The position numbers were made by a program, and so were the translations under genes. Under the pieces are notes generated by a model. That model saw nothing but the letters and a program-made list of their open reading frames with translations, searched no databases and was not told where the DNA came from. From Candidatus Hydrogenedentota bacterium (GTDB lineage: Bacteria > Hydrogenedentota > Hydrogenedentia > Hydrogenedentales > GCA-2746185), in contig JAYGCN010000034.1 of NCBI GenBank assembly GCA_046583315.1, forward strand, positions 8,860 through 72,859: a DNA stretch of 64,000 nt, given 5' to 3'. Every line of letters begins with the position of its first letter. Position 1 is the stretch's first letter. Positions 60,971 through 64,000 of this stretch are shown here, piece after piece.

Positions 60971-61233
60971 CGATCCGCCGCATCCAGCTCACTCTTCACA
61001 CCATCCCACTCCTTCTTGAGGATGGTATATTCAGCCGCCAAATCATCCGTATTGAGCCCACTCCTGGAAAGTTTATCGGATAACCCATCGAGGGCTGACT
61101 CATCATCACCAGAGGTTTTAAGCAACGCAATAAACGCCTCTAGCGTCTCCCGAATCCCCGAAAAACAGGCAAGCTCGCGCGTCAGGCAATCTTCCATACG
61201 CGCCACGATGCTATATGGATCCCCCACGCGCAC
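60971..61233 (-). pseudogene. 5' part of a helical hypothetical protein, apparently truncated near 60970
   Basis: Plausible helical sequence (MEDCLTRELACF...EYTILKKEWDGVKSELDAADR) that then runs into an off-frame reading of the activator fragment; the ORF as called ends at 60811. Confidence 0.55.
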
Positions 61234-64000
61234 TACCCCGCGTTCTGCGCTTCAGGCACCGGCTCCCCACGAAGCCGCTGCTCAAGGCGTGCTGAACTCA
61301 CCTTCGTCTCCGCTTCCGAAGACCACGGCGAACTCGAATCCGCCACCCGATTGTACAACACGATACTCGCTTCATAATCAGCCAGTTGATACTGCGCATT
61401 CGCCAACTGAAACATACTCCACAGCTGCCGCTCAGAGAGCGCCAAAGGCGGGGCGTCCTCATCGATATTCAACACCTGGGATTCCAACGCCAGTTCATAG
61501 GCCGTCACCGCACCACGATAATCCTCACGGTTAAAAAGAAAATTCCCCCACGTAATCGCCGCCTTTTCCAAACGCGGACGCTCCATCGCAAACTCACGCT
61601 GCTCAAGCCGACGCGCCAGTTCAGAAACGATGTCACGCGCTCCTTGCGGGCGGTTTAATGTCAGATACGCTTCCAACAAGGTCTGCACACCCTCACTCGT
61701 GCGATGCTCAGGATACCCCAAATGCGCCTGCTTCAAATACGCCAGTCCCTCACGCAAATCACGACGCATCGTCCCCATACCAAGCGCATTCAAAAACGCA
61801 TATGCAATCGGAGCATCCAACTGCTGCACCTCGATCCCCGCAGCCACAACCAGCGCGTCATCCGTAGCACCGGATTCAAACAAATGAATCGCCGATACCG
61901 CCAACACCTCCGGCTCACTACTCAAAATCGCCGCTTCGCTATACGCCTCGGCCGCCTTGGTCATCAAATTCATGCGTGTATACAACTCACCCAGCGCATT
62001 GAGCGCAGGCAGCTTTCGCGACGAGCTGTTCGCCGCGTAAACCACACCTTCCAGCCGTTGTATCGCTTCAGACACCTCACCTTCATCAAAGAGTAAACGC
62101 GATAACGCAACATTACCCAACAAGCCCTGCCGCGTCTTCGGATATCTCTCCGAGAGTTGATAGAAGGTATTTCGCGCCTCTATTGTCGCCCCCGATTCTG
62201 CAAACAATCGACCCGCAGACAACATCAATTCCGGATCATTTGCCCCGGCCCAATGCGCCGCCAATAAAGCACGCCCCGCCTCAAGCGCGTCACCATACAA
62301 AGCCAACAATTCGCCCGCATTACGCAGAACAGCCGGATTGTCAGGATAGGCCTGAACCGTGCGCGTGCCATACCGTACCGCCTCGTGCGTGCTACCCAAT
62401 TCCGCCAACACCTGAGACATTTCTACCTGCGCCAATGGCATCACATCCGACTCAGGGAAAAAATCAATCAGCCCCTGCAAGACATTCTTCGCCTCGTCCA
62501 ATCGACCCGTCGCTCGATAGGCTTTCGCAAGCAACAGCGTCACCCCGTCGTTTCCCTCAACAGTCGACGCATTCGAAAGGCGATCCTCAAGCCCCCGGAT
62601 CGCCTGCTCATATTCCCCCGAATCAAATGCCAACTGACCCAAACGCGAAAACGCCTCCGCGCCAATTTCGTTCGTTACATTATCTTGTGCAACCGCGATG
62701 TACTTCACACGGGCGCCCTCAAGGTCGCCCGACGCAACCAACGCATCCCCCAGAATCAACCGTCCCCGACTCGCCTCAACCGTCCCCGGATATTCCCGAC
62801 GCAATTGTTGCAGATACTGCGCCGCCGTTAGTGCCCGATCCGTTTTCAGTTCCAACGTCCCCGCGGCCAGCAAAATCTGAGGATGAAACACAGGCTTCTG
62901 TTCCGTTTTCAACAGTTCACGCAACTCCACGCGCGCGGCCAGCAAATTGCCCTCTTTCTCATACAAGTTCGACTTCCAAAAAAGCGCTTCGTTTCGCTTG
63001 GCATGCAACGGTGCTGTATCCACAAGAAAATCTATATCGGAATGCAAACGATTCGCCGTTGCCAAAGAAGCAGTATCACCCAAACCCTTGATTTCCGCCT
63101 CAAGCTGAACATACTGACCCTCCTGATAAAGCGGGCTCGTCGTTTCCGACTCCGAAAGGGCCTTCTCCATCACGAACGTCGCCTCAATATAATCCTCGCT
63201 TTCAATCAACAACTCCGCCGTCGCAATGGCCCGCCGCAAATGACTGTCGTCATCAAGCACAATAGACGTGTAATACGAAACCGGACGAAACTCAAAAGTG
63301 GAGAGCACCAGAAAAGCCGACAACGCCATGATGATACCTGCGGCAGCAGCCGTAACCGACCGCAACGGCTGCTCCCGAACAAGCTGAACCGCCGCCGCCG
63401 GGATCGCCGGAAAATCGTCGCCCCATTTCGGCTCCAACTCGGACGTATCCTCAGATTCAGAATCCCCCTCCGCAGAGACAGCCTCCGACTCAACCGCCGC
63501 TTCTTCTACAGGCTCGTCTACTGCATCTTCAGTAGCTTCTTCATGATCCGCCCCGGCCACAACATTTTCAACGCCAACTTCCTGCAATAATTCCTCATTC
63601 ACAGGCTCTTCCGAGGACGTCGCAACCTCGCTCGACTCATCCCCTGATGCCGCATCCTCACCCACGGACTCGACGATCGCCTGATCTGTAGTATCCAACA
63701 CTATCTCCGTCGTCAGTTCATCCTCAGAACCACCATCCAGACGATCTTCCATATCCTCCGCGTTCAACGCCTCCAGCCCATCACCCGACGCAAGCAACGA
63801 GTCCGCATCTTCCGCCACAATCGTCTTGAGTTCGTCTTCCATCAAGTCGGAAAGAGGATCGTTCGTCTCCAAAACCTCCGAAGTCGCGTCATCCCCACCC
63901 GCAGCTGCAGCCGCTATCAATCCATCGAGGTCATCCTCGTGCGGCGAACCCGAAGCATCAAAAGGTTCCTCGGCCCCCGACTCTTCGGTCTCTTCAGAGA
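61233..64000 (-). CDS. Large TPR-repeat protein with acidic disordered N-terminus and single TM; 5' end beyond the window
   Basis: Frame stays open from 63920 to the window edge (checked by hand); D/E-rich region, TM (AAAAGIIMALSAFLVL), then many TPR-like repeats (YP.T..A, FPES). Confidence 0.85.
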   Translation of the reverse strand, partial: SEETEESGAEEPFDASGSPHEDDLDGLIAAAAAGGDDATSEVLETNDPLSDLMEDELKTIVAEDADSLLASGDGLEALNAEDMEDRLDGGSEDELTTEIVLDTTDQAIVESVGEDAASGDESSEVATSSEEPVNEELLQEVGVENVVAGADHEEATEDAVDEPVEEAAVESEAVSAEGDSESEDTSELEPKWGDDFPAIPAAAVQLVREQPLRSVTAAAAGIIMALSAFLVLSTFEFRPVSYYTSIVLDDDSHLRRAIATAELLIESEDYIEATFVMEKALSESETTSPLYQEGQYVQLEAEIKGLGDTASLATANRLHSDIDFLVDTAPLHAKRNEALFWKSNLYEKEGNLLAARVELRELLKTEQKPVFHPQILLAAGTLELKTDRALTAAQYLQQLRREYPGTVEASRGRLILGDALVASGDLEGARVKYIAVAQDNVTNEIGAEAFSRLGQLAFDSGEYEQAIRGLEDRLSNASTVEGNDGVTLLLAKAYRATGRLDEAKNVLQGLIDFFPESDVMPLAQVEMSQVLAELGSTHEAVRYGTRTVQAYPDNPAVLRNAGELLALYGDALEAGRALLAAHWAGANDPELMLSAGRLFAESGATIEARNTFYQLSERYPKTRQGLLGNVALSRLLFDEGEVSEAIQRLEGVVYAANSSSRKLPALNALGELYTRMNLMTKAAEAYSEAAILSSEPEVLAVSAIHLFESGATDDALVVAAGIEVQQLDAPIAYAFLNALGMGTMRRDLREGLAYLKQAHLGYPEHRTSEGVQTLLEAYLTLNRPQGARDIVSELARRLEQREFAMERPRLEKAAITWGNFLFNREDYRGAVTAYELALESQVLNIDEDAPPLALSERQLWSMFQLANAQYQLADYEASIVLYNRVADSSSPWSSEAETKVSSARLEQRLRGEPVPEAQNAG

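Overview
A gene-dense, roughly 55-58% GC (by eye) bacterial chromosomal segment with about 63 CDS. No rRNA, tRNA, CRISPR array, transposase or integrase was recognisable. The + strand is strongly C/A-rich throughout, consistent with the - strand being the leading strand. Housekeeping blocks: yceD-rpmF-plsX-fabD-fabG, prpB-prpC, rfbC-rfbA, rlmB, and one long - strand run rpmH-rnpA-yidD-yidC-jag-mnmE-(ATP-grasp-like)-tgt-yajC-secDF, with no dnaA next to rpmH. The most interesting accessory loci: (1) a tightly coupled six-gene - strand operon (DinB, NRDE/TANGO2, DedA-ATP-grasp fusion, OlsB-like N-acyltransferase, OlsA/PlsC-like O-acyltransferase, alpha/beta hydrolase; 33793-39312) that looks like an uncharacterised amino-acid/peptide-lipid synthesis, flipping and remodelling system; (2) a coupled sugar-catabolic operon (SDR, ROK kinase, SIS isomerase, single-barrel MetE-like Zn enzyme, UlaG-like MBL; 1941-6285) divergent from cstA; (3) a stand-alone XPB-NTD/TFIIH-p52-like protein; (4) two GT-C glycosylation modules; (5) an abrupt junction near 60970 joining a truncated gene to the C-terminal stub of a sigma-54 activator; (6) two copies of a short CTTTTCTTTGGT-hairpin intergenic element. 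All family calls come from motif recognition by eye, not database searches.
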